A stretch of 64,000 bases of DNA from the NCBI RefSeq assembly GCF_964213995.1, contig NC_135811.1:32984001-33048000 (forward strand), in the 5' to 3' direction. Under the pieces are notes generated by a model that was not told the DNA's origin, did not search any database, and saw only the letters and a list, made by a program, of their open reading frames with translations. The translations under genes were made by a program, and so were the position numbers. Positions 38,540 through 49,738 of the stretch are shown here, piece by piece. How positions within the stretch are numbered: the stretch's first letter is position 1; the number at the start of each line of letters is the position of its first letter. The stretch is from Mustelus asterias (Eukaryota).

Positions 38540-41258
38540 TTAATAGGCTCGAGACTGGCAACTGAATATTCCGGGGTCCAAGTGTTTTAGGCGAGACAGA
38601 GGAGGGGCCAAAAGAGGTGGGGGGGGGGTAGCAGTATTACTTAGAGAGCATATTACAGCGGTGCAGAGGGAGGACAATTCAGAGGGGTCGTGTAACGAGT
38701 CACTGTGGGTGGAGCTCAGAAACAGGAAGGGCGCAGTCACTATGTTGGGGGTATACTACAGGCCCCCCAACAGCCCAAGGGAAGTGGAAGAACGGATATG
38801 TCAGGAGATAATGGATAGGTGCAGGAAAAATAGGGTTGTTGTAGTGGGAGACTTCAATTTCCCTGGTATAGACTGGAAATCGCGTAGGGCTGGGAGTCTG
38901 AATGGGGAGGAATTTGTAAAATGCGTACAGGAAGGTTCTTTGGAACAATATGTAGATAGCCCGACTAGAGAGGGGGCTATACTGGACCTAGTACTGGGGA
39001 ATGAGCCCGGTCAGGTCTTCAAAGTTTCGGTCGGGGAACATGTGGCAAATAGTGACCACAATTCTGTTAGCTTTAGGATAGTGATGGAAAAGGATGAGTG
39101 GTGTCCCAAGTGTAAGGTGTTGGATTGGGGGAAGGCTAACTTTGGGAGAGGCTGTATGAGGGTAAATCCACATCTGGCATGTGGGAGTCTTTTAAGGAAC
39201 AGTTGCTAGGGCTGCAGGATAGGCATGTGCCTGTAAAAATGAAGGATAGGAAGGGTAGGATTCGAGAACCGTGGATAACCAGGGAAATTGAGGGATTGGT
39301 CAAAAAGAAAAGAGAGGCGTACGTTAGGTCCAGGCAGCTAAAAACGGAGGGAGCTCTGGAGGAATACAAAGAAAGTAGGAAAGAACTCAAACGAGGATTT
39401 AGAAGGGCAAAAAGGGGTCACGAAATATCCTTGGCAGACAGGATTAAGGAGAATCCCAAGGCATTTTATTCATACGTTAGGAACAGAAGGGTTGTCACGG
39501 AAAAAATCAGACCTCTCAGGGACAAAAGTGGGGAATTATGCTTAGAGCCCAAAGAAGTAGGGGAGATCCTAAATGAATACTTTGCGTCGGTATTCATAAA
39601 GGAGAGGAATGTGTTGACTGGGAGTGTCTCGGAGGGGAGTGTTGACCCGTTAGAGAAAATCTCCATTACAAGGGAGGAAGCGTTAGGTTTTTTAGGGAAT
39701 ATAAAGACTGACAAATCCCCAGGGCCTGATGGAATCTATCCAAGGCTGCTCAGGGAGACGAGAGATGAAATCACTGGGCCTCTGACGCAAATCTTTGTCT
39801 CGTCACTGGACACAGGTGAGGTCCCAGAGGATTGGAGGATAGCTAATGTGGTCCCGTTATTTAAGAAGGATAGGAAGGATAACCCAGGAAATTATAGGCC
39901 GGTGAGCTTGACGTCCGTGGTCGGGAAGTTGTTGGAGAGGATTCTTAGAGATAGGATGTATGCGCATTTAGAAAGGAATAAACTCATTAACGATAGTCAG
40001 CATGGTTTTGTGAGAGGGAGGTCATGCCTCACTAACCTGGTGGAGTTTTTTGAAGAAGTGACTAGAATGGTTGACGAGGGAAGGGCCGTGGATGTCATCT
40101 ATATGGACATTAGTAAAGCGTTTGACAAAGTCCCTCATGGTACGTTGGTGCAAAAGGTTGGATCTCATGGGATAAAGAGGGAGGTGGCTAGATGGATGGA
40201 GAACTGGCTTGGTCACAGAAGACAGTGGGTGGTAGTGAAAGGGTCTTTTTCCAGCTGGATGCCTGTGACCAGTGGTGTTCCACAGGGCTCTGTATTGGGA
40301 CCTTTGCTGTTTGTGATTTATATAAACGATCTAGAAGAAGGTGTAACTGGGGTGATCAGTAAGTTTGCGGACGACACGAAAATGACTGGACTTGCAGATA
40401 GTGAGGAACATTGTCAGAGGCTACAGAAGGATATAGATAGGCTGGAAATTTGGGCAAAGAAATGGCAGATAGAGTTCAATCCAGATAAGTGTGAAGTGAT
40501 GCATTTTGGTAGAACTAACGTAGGGGGGAGCTATACGATAAATGGCAGAACCATAAAGGGTGTAGATACGCAGAGGGACCTGGGTGTGCAAGTCCACAGA
40601 TCCCTGAAGGTGACGTCACAGATGGAGAAGGTAGTGAATAAGGCATATGGCATGCTTGCCTTTATAGGACGGGGCATAGAGTATAAAAGTTGGGGTCTGA
40701 TGTTGCAGTTGTATCGAATGTTGGTTTGGCCGCATTTGGAATACTGCGCCCAGTTCTGGTCGCCACACTACCAGAAGGATGTGGAGGCTTTAGAGAGAGT
40801 GCAGAGGAGATTTACCAGGATGTTGCCTGGTATGGAAGGGCTTAGTTATGAGGAGAGATTGGGTAAACTGGGGTTGTTCTCACTGGAAAGACGGAGGATG
40901 AGGGGTGACCCAATAGAGATGTATAAAATTATGAAAGGCATAGATAGGGTGAACGATGGGAAGCTTTTTCCCTATGGTGACGTTGATGAGGGGTCATAGG
41001 TTCAAGGTGAGGGGGGGAGGTTTAACACAGATATCAGAAGGACGTATTTTACACAGAGGGTGGTGGGGGCCTGGAATGCGCTGCCGGGCAAGGTGGTGGA
41101 GGCGGACACACTGGGAACATTTAAGACTTATCTAGGTAGCCGCATGAACGGAGTGGGAATGGAGGGATACAAAAGAATGGTCTAGTTTGGACCAGGGAGC
41201 AGCGTGGGCTTGGAGGGCCGAAGGGCCTGTTCCTGTGCTGTATTGTTCTTTGTTCTTT
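38540..41258 (+). mobile_element. 5'-truncated CR1 LINE with frameshifted ORF2, (TTCTTTG)n-tail subfamily
   Basis: ORFs 38661..39209 (EN) and 39179..40999 (RT, FADD) are separated by a frameshifting deletion near 39145. Tail gttctttgttcttt. Confidence 0.92.
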
Positions 41259-41556
41259 GAGTCAGCCATTTGGAACTGAGGTGAAGAAAAATTCCTTCAT
41301 TGAGTTTTGAATCTTTGCAATTCTCTACCTCAAAGGTCTGTGGATGCTCAGTTAATCAGAGTATTCAAGACATTTAGGCACTTTGCGAATAGGGCAGGAA
41401 AGTGGCGTTGATGTGAAAGTTCAGCCATCATGTTATTAAATGGCAGAGCAAGTTGGAAGGGCTGATTGACCTACTCTCGCTCCTATTTCCTGCATTCTTG
41501 TGCTCTTAAAGCATCAATACATTCAGAAGAATAGTAAGTGCTAGAAGCTTCTTACA

Positions 41557-42031
41557 TCTCCAAAGATGTGCATGTTCGGTGGATTGGCCATACTAAATTG
41601 ACCCTTAATGTCAGGGCAGGGTGAAGATGTGTGGTTACAAGGATAGGGCCTGGGTGAGATTATTGTCGGTGCAGCTCAATGGGCCGAATGGTCTCTTTCT
41701 GCACTGTAGGTAGAACATAGAACATAGAAACCCTACAGTGCAGAAGGAGGCCATTCGGCCCATCGAGTCTGCACCAACCACAATCCCACCCAGGCCCTAC
41801 CCCCACATATTTACCCGCTAATCCCATCTCGGGGACAATTTTTAACTTGGCCAATCAACCTAACCCGCACATCTTTGGATTGTGGGAGGAAACCGGAGCA
41901 CCCGGAGGAAACCCACACAGACACGAGGAGAATGTACAAACTCCACACAGACAGTGACCCGAGCCGGGAATCGAACCCAGGACCCTGGAGCTGTGAAGCA
42001 GCAGTGCTAACCACTGTGCTCCCGTGCCGCC
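41557..42031. mobile_element. Two HE1-like SINEs tail-to-tail: partial plus copy 41557-41713 and full minus copy 41714-42031
   Basis: Both carry the CR1-type tail; junction tgtaggtagaacatagaacatag. Confidence 0.85.
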
Positions 42032-42066
42032 CCAAATTCTATAATTCTATATTCGCTGCAGTTCAG

Positions 42067-42470
42067 AAGAATGAGGGAGATCTCATAGGAACCTATAAAA
42101 TTCGAACAGGACTAGCCAGGATAGATGCAGAAAGGATGTTCCTTGTGGTGGGGAGTCCAACACAAGGGGTATAGTCTAAGAATACTGGTAAACCTTTTAG
42201 GACTGAGATGAGGAGAAATTTTTCCACCCAGAGAGGGTAAGTCTGTGGAATTCACTACTACAGAAAGCAGTTGAGGCCAAAACATTGTATGTTTTCAAGA
42301 AAGAGTTAGATATAGCTCTTGGGGTGAAGGGGATCAAAGGATATGGGGGGGGGGGCGAGGGGGTTGGCAGAATCAGGCTATTGAGTTGAATGATCAGCCA
42401 TGATCATAGTGAATGGCAGAGTAGGCTCGAAGGGCTGAATGGCCTACTCCCACTCTCTAATGTTTCTATG
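42067..42470 (+). mobile_element. CR1 3' fragment
   Basis: GDLIGTYKI...ERMF remnant; gggctgaatggcct stem-loop and ttctatg end. Confidence 0.8.
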
Positions 42471-43110
42471 TTATCTCCAAGGAAAGTTAATAGTTGTTGC
42501 CACAGATCTCCAAGATCATTACAATTCTCTCCTTTTACCTGGAGTAGCTTATAATGTGCAAACACATATTCCAATTCAGATAAAGTCCTGGGGGGGGAAC
42601 ATAAAAGACATTATCATGACACAACTATTCACAATGCAAAACCAGCATGGCTTTCTGCCTAGAATTTCCCAGTCTCAAGTATCAGAATGGTGTAAAAAGG
42701 CAGCAGGATGATAGAAGATTAATTGGCATATCAAAGCTGCAATGTAATCAAATGGCAGTTTTCTCATGGAGACTGGGGAAGGAGTGATGAAGATACTAAA
42801 TGAGTATTTTGCACAGAAGAGCATAATCATGGAAGTGAAAGGATTCGAGAGAAGATGGAGCAATTCGGAGAACTCTGGAAAAGGGCATAATCCAAAAAAT
42901 GTTGGTGAAATTCATAAGTGGAATAAGCATCATGCTGCGGTGGAATACTAAGAGGAGTGGGAATGGCGACAGCAGATACTCTGACCACAATCCTTCCGAC
43001 ATCCTCAGGGTGAAATGGTGCCAGAGGGCCAGCCAGCTGTTAGCAGCACTTCTGCCAAAAAGGGAAAGATTGGATAACTGTACACATGGGTAGTGTGTAA
43101 GCTTCTAAAG

Positions 43111-43262
43111 GCCCCTTCATCAGGTGAGTCACCTGATGAAGGGGCAGCGCTCCGAAAGCTAGTGGCGTGTGCTACCAAATAAACCTGTTGGACTTTAACC
43201 TGGTGTTGTGAAACTTCTTACTGTGTTTACCCCAGTCCAACGCCGGTGTCTCCACATAATGA
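43111..43262 (+). mobile_element. Penelope-like hairpin element with an intact hammerhead motif
   Basis: 17-bp perfect inverted arms centred on 43128, then hammerhead, aataaa and family tail. No long TSD seen. Confidence 0.8.
43128..43166 (+). ncRNA. Minimal type I hammerhead ribozyme motif; predicted cleavage after 43161 (CUA)
   Basis: GUCAC-CUGAUGA-A-GGGGC-AGC-GCUCC-GAAAG-CUA-GUGGC: core boxes intact, stems I and II pair, stem III reduced to palindromic AGCU (dimer-type). Confidence 0.78.
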
Positions 43263-44367
43263 AGGATAATCAGGACAGATTTATAAAAGACAATGGCCGG
43301 ACTTTTACCGGCACGAGCGGCATTCTCCGTTGGCCTCAGGCGGGATCTTACGAGCTTCAGACGGGCGAGGCAGTAAAATTCCGATAAATATGTCTCCAAT
43401 TAATTTGAGAGAGATCTAAGGGGAAATAATGGCTCAGATCTTCCAAGGAGGGACAGGCATCATCGGATGTTGCTGCACTTAAACGTTTCCCAACCCGATG
43501 CTGCTCTACATTTCTTCACAGGGATTGTGAGCCCAGTCTTCCCAAAAACGCATAGCACAGTGTCCTTCAGAGAGTTCTGCTGCAGTGGAGTAGAATTGTG
43601 CAGAGGGAAGGGAGCGGAGACAGCGCAAGCCCCCTTCTTATGGTGCTGGCTGTCACCAGGTAAGTTTAAAGGTTCAGTATGAATGCTAGTGAATGAGTGA
43701 GTGAACGATGAGTGAATGGGTAAGATGGTGGGGTGGGTAAGTGGATAGAGTGGAGCAGTTGAATCGAGGGAGTAAGGAATGTTAGTCGGGTCTGGGGTCA
43801 GTTTCAGTGATTGGGTGGTGGTGGAGGTGACTAGTTCAGTCTGTAGTTGCCCAGGAGTTAGACTAGGTTTTAATCTAACATTTCCTAGGTAACTATTCAG
43901 GTAGGCACATCGGAATTGCCTCAAGGAGACATTCATAGAGGGCCCAGGAAGCAGGGAAATTGCCCATTAGAAGTTGAAAATTCCCACATAGGTCAGCACA
44001 TTTCCACAGGTTCCCGATGTGCTTCTCAGTCACATGTCCAAAGATTTTGGCCAATGTGAAGTGTTTTGATAATGGGAAAGCAGGAGATGTTTTCCATACC
44101 AATTTCCATCAACGTTTCATATAACGTCACGTAGTAGATATGTCAGTAAAAATGAGGAGCACTGTTTTAAAGGAAACATGGGAGCATAGGCAGAAATTTG
44201 GCAAGAGCAAAGAAAAGAAAGAGCAATTGTTAATGGGTGTTTTACAAACTTGTTTTACAGACAAAGTGGGCAGTGGTGTTCGATAGGCATCAGGGTTAAG
44301 ACTTGTTTTATTTTACCCATATTCAACACGATATCAAAATTTGCAGAAAATATATGGGGTGGGGGGG

Positions 44368-45315
44368 AGGCGATTCTCCCATCCCAATTTTTTAGTGCAG
44401 CGGCCAGGAGAATCTCACAGTGGGTTTCGCACATGCATTCCCACCACGATAGTATCTCCCAGTGCCGGATTTCCGGCGGCGTGAGCTTTGCACCAAAAAT
44501 CAGCAAGGAGGCACGGAAATGATTTGAATGCCAATTTAAATATAATTACTGGGCCCGGGACTGAAGCCTCCGGGGCCTGTAAACATCTCCCCCCCCCCGC
44601 GACTGACGTGAAGGGGGAGGCAATTGGAGCCCCCCCAGAGGGTCAGGCGGTGGGGTGGGGTGTCCCTAGGCAGTGGCACCATGACAGTGCCAGCCTGTGT
44701 TCCCTGGCACTGGCAAAGGGGCAAAGTGCCAATGCCCAGAGGGCACCTTGGCACTCCCCATCGGGCAATCAGTGGGAGTGGGGGGGTCCCACTGCCACTC
44801 TGCAGTTGGGTGGCCAGCGATCGGGGTGAGCTGGGGAAAATCGGGACTGCGGGGGGCGTAGGCACTGCGGAGGGGGCGAGAGGGACAGGGGCTGGAGATC
44901 GGGGCAGGACGAGGAGGGTTGGGTGTCAGGACTGGACCCAGGAATGCTTAAGGGGGCGGTGATCGGGCCGTTGGCGGGGGGGGGGGGGGGGGGGGGGGGG
45001 GGGGAGAGTTGCACAGCTGGCGTTGTGGGTATCACAGAGCTGGCGAGCGATCGAGCTGGCCAGCAATCAGGAAGCCTGCAATGTGGGGCCACTGCACACG
45101 CGCCGATCTCCACACTGACAGATCGGTACATGTGCAGTGGCCTGCTCAGCGCTATGCTGCCAGCCTCCCGGGCAGAAATAAGCCCTGTCCCCTGAATTAT
45201 AATGATATAGATGCTGGTGCTCTCTGCAGTGCGCAGAGTGTGGGAGATTCCTGTCTGAACTCCCACTGAAAAAAACCAACGTAAATTACTCCAGTTTTCC
45301 CGCAAATTCGACACA
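44368..45315. mobile_element. GC-rich MITE-like element, one end apparently lost
   Basis: Begins ggcgattctccc; same architecture as 28332-29378 (tttaaat motif, central G-runs, gatcgg repeats); interrupts a decayed CR1. Confidence 0.45.
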
Positions 45316-46214
45316 TGGTCTATCTAATTATGCAGAAAGCTGAAGGTGGAGGGTTAGTAAATCGGGCGTTTGGATGTCACATGGAATTCAAAGGAAATTC
45401 TGCATCCTCAGTGGGCAGCAGCAGTCACGGGGGAGGAATGTGGCAATGTGCAAACTGTGTTCACCTCCTGTGAACCTCACTCCCCTTTAACACAGAGAAA
45501 TGTGAAACAAGACACGGCAATGGAAGAGCTCTCTCTAACAGCCAGCACAGGTGAAATCCAAAGAAAGGCTCCTCCTGGCCATAACACGTACAAATCCGGT
45601 GTCAGGGAAATTCCTTCTTCCTCCACCAGCCAATGTGATTTTTATGAATCACTGCTGGACTTTATGTTATTTGGTTATTTCTTTGCACTTCCAATGTCTA
45701 GATTTGTTGCCACGGGAACCATAGCTGTGGTCAGGCTCTCCGACCCACCAATTTCACATTAGGTTCAAGCCCGTGTTTATGTTACACAAGGTAGAATTAG
45801 TGCAGCTTCTCCACCCTTATTTACGCAATAATAAATAGAAAGGGATTGCAGCAGACATGACCACAAGGAACCAACAATAACATGGGAATCCATGCTACAT
45901 CATTGCAACGGCCTTTACTGCAGAGAAGCACACAGCCCATTTCCAAAGCTAAGGATGTACGCAGTGGCTGGCTACAGCCCCAAATATTGGAGAAATGTAG
46001 TCCCGGCACCATCATTAAAATAAAGTTTTAATTTTCATGCAAGGGAGTTACTTTTTTCTTTAAAAAAAAATCAAGGTTATACCCATTAAAACAGTTTAAT
46101 CAAGCTGTAAAAAAATGTAAATCAAAATTATATTTGCCTTTCTGATGATACTGCTCCCACCTGCCCTGCCCCACTGCTACGGAAACAGGTGTACACCCTT
46201 TAAATTCAACCAGT

Positions 46215-46554
46215 GGCACGGTGGCACAGTGGTTAGCATTGCTGTCTCACAGTGCCAGGGACCCGCTTCAATTCCGGCCTCAGGTCACCATCTGTGTGGA
46301 GTTTGCACATTCGCCGTGTCTGCGTGGGTTTCCTCCAAGTGCTCCGGTTTCCTCCCACGCTCCAAAGATATGCAGGTCAGGTGGAATTGTCAAATAAATT
46401 ATCCCTTAGTGTCCCAAGATATGTAGGTTAGATGGATTAGCCATGGGAAATGTATGGGGTTATGGGGATAGGGTGGGGAGATGGGCTGGGTAATATCAGA
46501 GAGTCAGTGCAGACTTGTTGGGACAAATGGCTTTCTGCAAAGTCGGAATTCTAC
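46215..46554 (+). mobile_element. HE1-like V-SINE, diverged CR1-type tail
   Basis: ggcacggtggcacagtggttagc head and V-core. Confidence 0.82.
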
Positions 46555-46580
46555 AATCGCACAATTACATTGGTGCTTAG

Positions 46581-46682
46581 GGGTCTGATGAAGGGTCATC
46601 CTGACTCAAAACGTTAGCTCCATTCTCTCTCCGCAGATGCTGTCAGACCTGCTGAGTTTCTCCAGCATTTTATGTTTTTGTG
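46581..46682 (+). mobile_element. Second Penelope-like terminal fragment with a decayed hammerhead motif
   Basis: CTGATGA-A-GGGTCA-TCC-TGACTC-(G>A)AAAC-GTTA, then cagatgctgtcagacctgctgagttt; a related tail fragment lies at about 51391-51440. Confidence 0.65.
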
Positions 46683-48201
46683 TGAGGAATCGCTAATACC
46701 ATTTTATAAAGCATCAATTCACTCCATGATGGGTTGGAATATGGTGTGGTGGTAGGTTATATATCTGACCCAAATTATTTCCCCACCCCAGCCCCCCCAC
46801 CCCAAGAAAAAAGGGATGTACATTGATAGTTAAATTAACTACTGTTTTGTCTTGTTTAAAATTTGTCCAGCAAATGCAAGGTTCAACTCTCACTGATGTG
46901 TACTTAACCAATGATTTACTTGTTTCAGTAACTTGCTCTGTATTTCCAAGCAGCCAAATATTATCTTTCAGATCAAATGGCCGACACATTTTTGATGGGT
47001 TTAAGACTCAAAATATTGCTCAAAATCCATGGAGCACTAAAACCTCAGGCCTAATACCATAACAAAAAACTGGGAGCAGGCTTTTGCAATTGAAAACTTG
47101 ACCTGTTTTCAGATATACGATGTTGACTGGCTGGCTCTGCAGTGCATATGGTAGTTAGGACGTGATCAGTAGTTTACACATTTACAGTTGATTGGCTTAG
47201 GGTATTGCCAGGTGCAGACAACTAGCAGGAAAATCATCATCTGCCTGAAACAATCCCATGACTCAAATTATTGAGGGGGAAGTTCCTCTTCCCGTTCAAT
47301 TAAAGGGATGAGGTAGTTACACCCTTTGTTCCTGTTGACATAGTGGTTTGATATTTAGAGATTGCAATTCATCCAGTTTCGGGAGAGCAGTTGCCCCATG
47401 TTTCTTTCTCATTTTTAGACTGTCGTATGGAGGCCAGTGTCTGCGGAACTGCTGATTTTCTATGAGACTCTTCAAACCCTCAGAGGCAGCTCACGTTACT
47501 AAAATCAACTCCCTTACCCGCATAACACAATTGTAAGCCCATACTTTGCTCTACGTTGGTGTTGGGATATGGGAGGAGGGTTTGTTTATATCATGACTTG
47601 CATCCCTCTGTGACTTAGACGCACATAAAGGCAAATTCAGTGATTCTGCACTCCCCATGGGGAACAACATTTGAAGGAACACAGGTCAGAGACAGAGTTG
47701 CAATTCTATAGGACTAATTCTGATCCACATTTCCTTCAAGCGCGGTTCTATTCTGGGAGCGTGGAATTGCCAACTTAACTCCACAGTTTCAAAACACTCT
47801 AGTGGTGCCTTGTCACAGGGGCTTCAAAATCTGTGTTCCATCTAAAGCTTTGTGGTCCTCATAATGTTTTTGTGTAATATTGCACATAACTCCAAAGGAT
47901 CTTTCCACTATCTTTAGTGCTAGGATTCAAACGCTCCACACAAAGAAAAGGGCTCCAATCATTTCCTTTCAGAACCAGAACTCTTCATGTCCAGAAAACG
48001 TCTCTTATCAACACCCACGAAAACAGAATAAACTCCAGAGGAAACAAACATCATGTGCATAGCATTTAAGTTGATGGAATTAGCCTCCCTTACTAATTTT
48101 ATTACAGGGAGCTCACACGCACATGAGCAAAGTGTTACCATTGGCACAAATAATGGACGTTTGACCAAGCGTTCTAATGAACCAATCATTCCTACACTTA
48201 C

Positions 48202-48256
48202 CCATGATTCCACATGAGAGGAGAGTAGGCCCTTTACTCATCTTCTTTGGAAGGTG
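48202..48256 (-). CDS. FAM53B: FAM53B second coding exon, HLPKKMSKGPTLLSCGIM(E)
   Basis: 55 nt bounded by ttttcag| and G|gtaagt, phase 0 to 1. Near-identical to recalled human HTPKKMSQGPTLFSCGIME. Confidence 0.93.
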
Positions 48257-48933
48257 CTGAAAACAATTTAGGAAATGTCGTTAAGCCAGAATTTCTACTA
48301 ACCATCAGCTTAAAAAGAGGTTTTTTTTAAATATAGAAAAAGCACTTACAGGTAGGTGACTAAAAAAATGCATTAAAAAAATTACAATTATATCATGAGA
48401 TCAACCAATCACAACTGAGGAGAAAAGACAGGTAATTGACAAAATTACTTACGTAACTTTGACATTTTACAGCCAGTAAAATTACCCAATCACAACAAAA
48501 CAATTGTATCATGTGACTGCATGATATTATGACACCACTAACTGACTTGATTTTGAATATCACCAATGTGAGAACTTTTAAATAAGCAACTTATTTTTAA
48601 AAGGAGTGCGAAGCCACAAAAAATAAATCTTTCAAAAGATAAGTCTTTATTTGGCACACTGTATTCTGTTTAGAACATATGCTTGATTTTCAGTAACAGA
48701 TGGTTATCACTTTTTAAGCACAGTTTTGAATCTTAGGTCCAGAAGCTGAATCTTTTTGTGTGTTCTTCATCTAAAGCAGTGCATACGCAACAAGCTAACA
48801 CTTAATCATCCAGCTATTAGAATGAACATACATTTGTGCGACATTACCAAATTATCTTTAAAGCGGCAAATATTGCAACAGACAAGACCCAAACTGTTTG
48901 CAGATTAAAAAACAACTGAGACCTTCATTTACA

Positions 48934-49145
48934 GTAAGAAGTCTCACAACACCAGGTTAAAGTCAAACAGGTTTATTTGGAATCATGAGTTTTTGGAACA
49001 TTGCTCCTTCATCAGGTGACTCACCTGATGAAGGGGCAGTGCTCGGAAAGCTCGCGATTCCAAATAAACCTGTTGGACTTTAACCTGGTGTTGTGAGACT
49101 TCTTACTGTGCTCACCCCAATCCAATGCTAGCATTTCCACATCAT
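48934..49145 (+). mobile_element. Penelope-like hairpin element, longest inverted arms (~89 bp)
   Basis: Arms centred on 49020; TSD gaccttcatttaca at 48920-48933 and 49146-49159. Confidence 0.85.
49021..49057 (+). ncRNA. Minimal hammerhead ribozyme motif, core intact, stems weakened
   Basis: UCAC-CUGAUGA-A-GGGGC-AGU-GCUCG-GAAAG-CUC-GCGA. Confidence 0.65.
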
Positions 49146-49405
49146 GACCTTCATTTACAAACAGGCAGAACTATGAAGCCTAATAATCAGCATGCATATG
49201 CAAACAATACCATACAAGCATACAAAAAGAATCAGTAACAGGACAATTATCCTCTACCATCTAATAGAGTTTAGGGATGTTAAATGGCATGCACTTGTTA
49301 TAGTGGGTGGAATTTAACTTTTCTGTTGTGTGCTACTGGAACCTACATTGACCCTTATGCAGTGCTTAGATTTCCGAGGTGTTTTGCTTGGTTAACACAA
49401 TTGTT

Positions 49406-49738
49406 TTTTTTAATTCATTCATGGGATGTAGGCGTCGCTGGCTGGGCCGGCATTTATTGTTCATCCCCAAGGGCACTGGGGCTAACTGCATTGCTGTGGA
49501 TCTGGAGTCACATGTAGGCCAGACCAGGCAAGGACAGCAGATTTCCTTCCCTAAATTAGTGAACTAGATGGGTTAATGACAATTGACAATGGTTTCATGG
49601 TCATCATTAGACTTTTAATTCCAGATATTTATTGAATTCAAATTTCACCATCTGCCATGGTGGGATTCGAACTGGAGTCCCCAGAGCATTACCCTGGATC
49701 TCTGGTCCAGCGACAATACCACTATGCCACGGCCTCCC
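49406..49738 (-). mobile_element. tRNA-derived SINE, same family as 32476-32815
   Basis: gggaggccgtggcatagtgg head, gttcgaatccc B box, same tail. Confidence 0.75.

Larger units (their letters stand above)
34050..41500 (+). mobile_element. Old CR1 3' fragment split into three pieces (about 34050-34090, 38398-38540, 41259-41500) by two younger CR1 insertions
   Basis: The pieces read consecutively as a degenerate EERLSRL..., RV.AERLF, ESR.RG region and end in a CR1-type 3' UTR. Confidence 0.7.
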
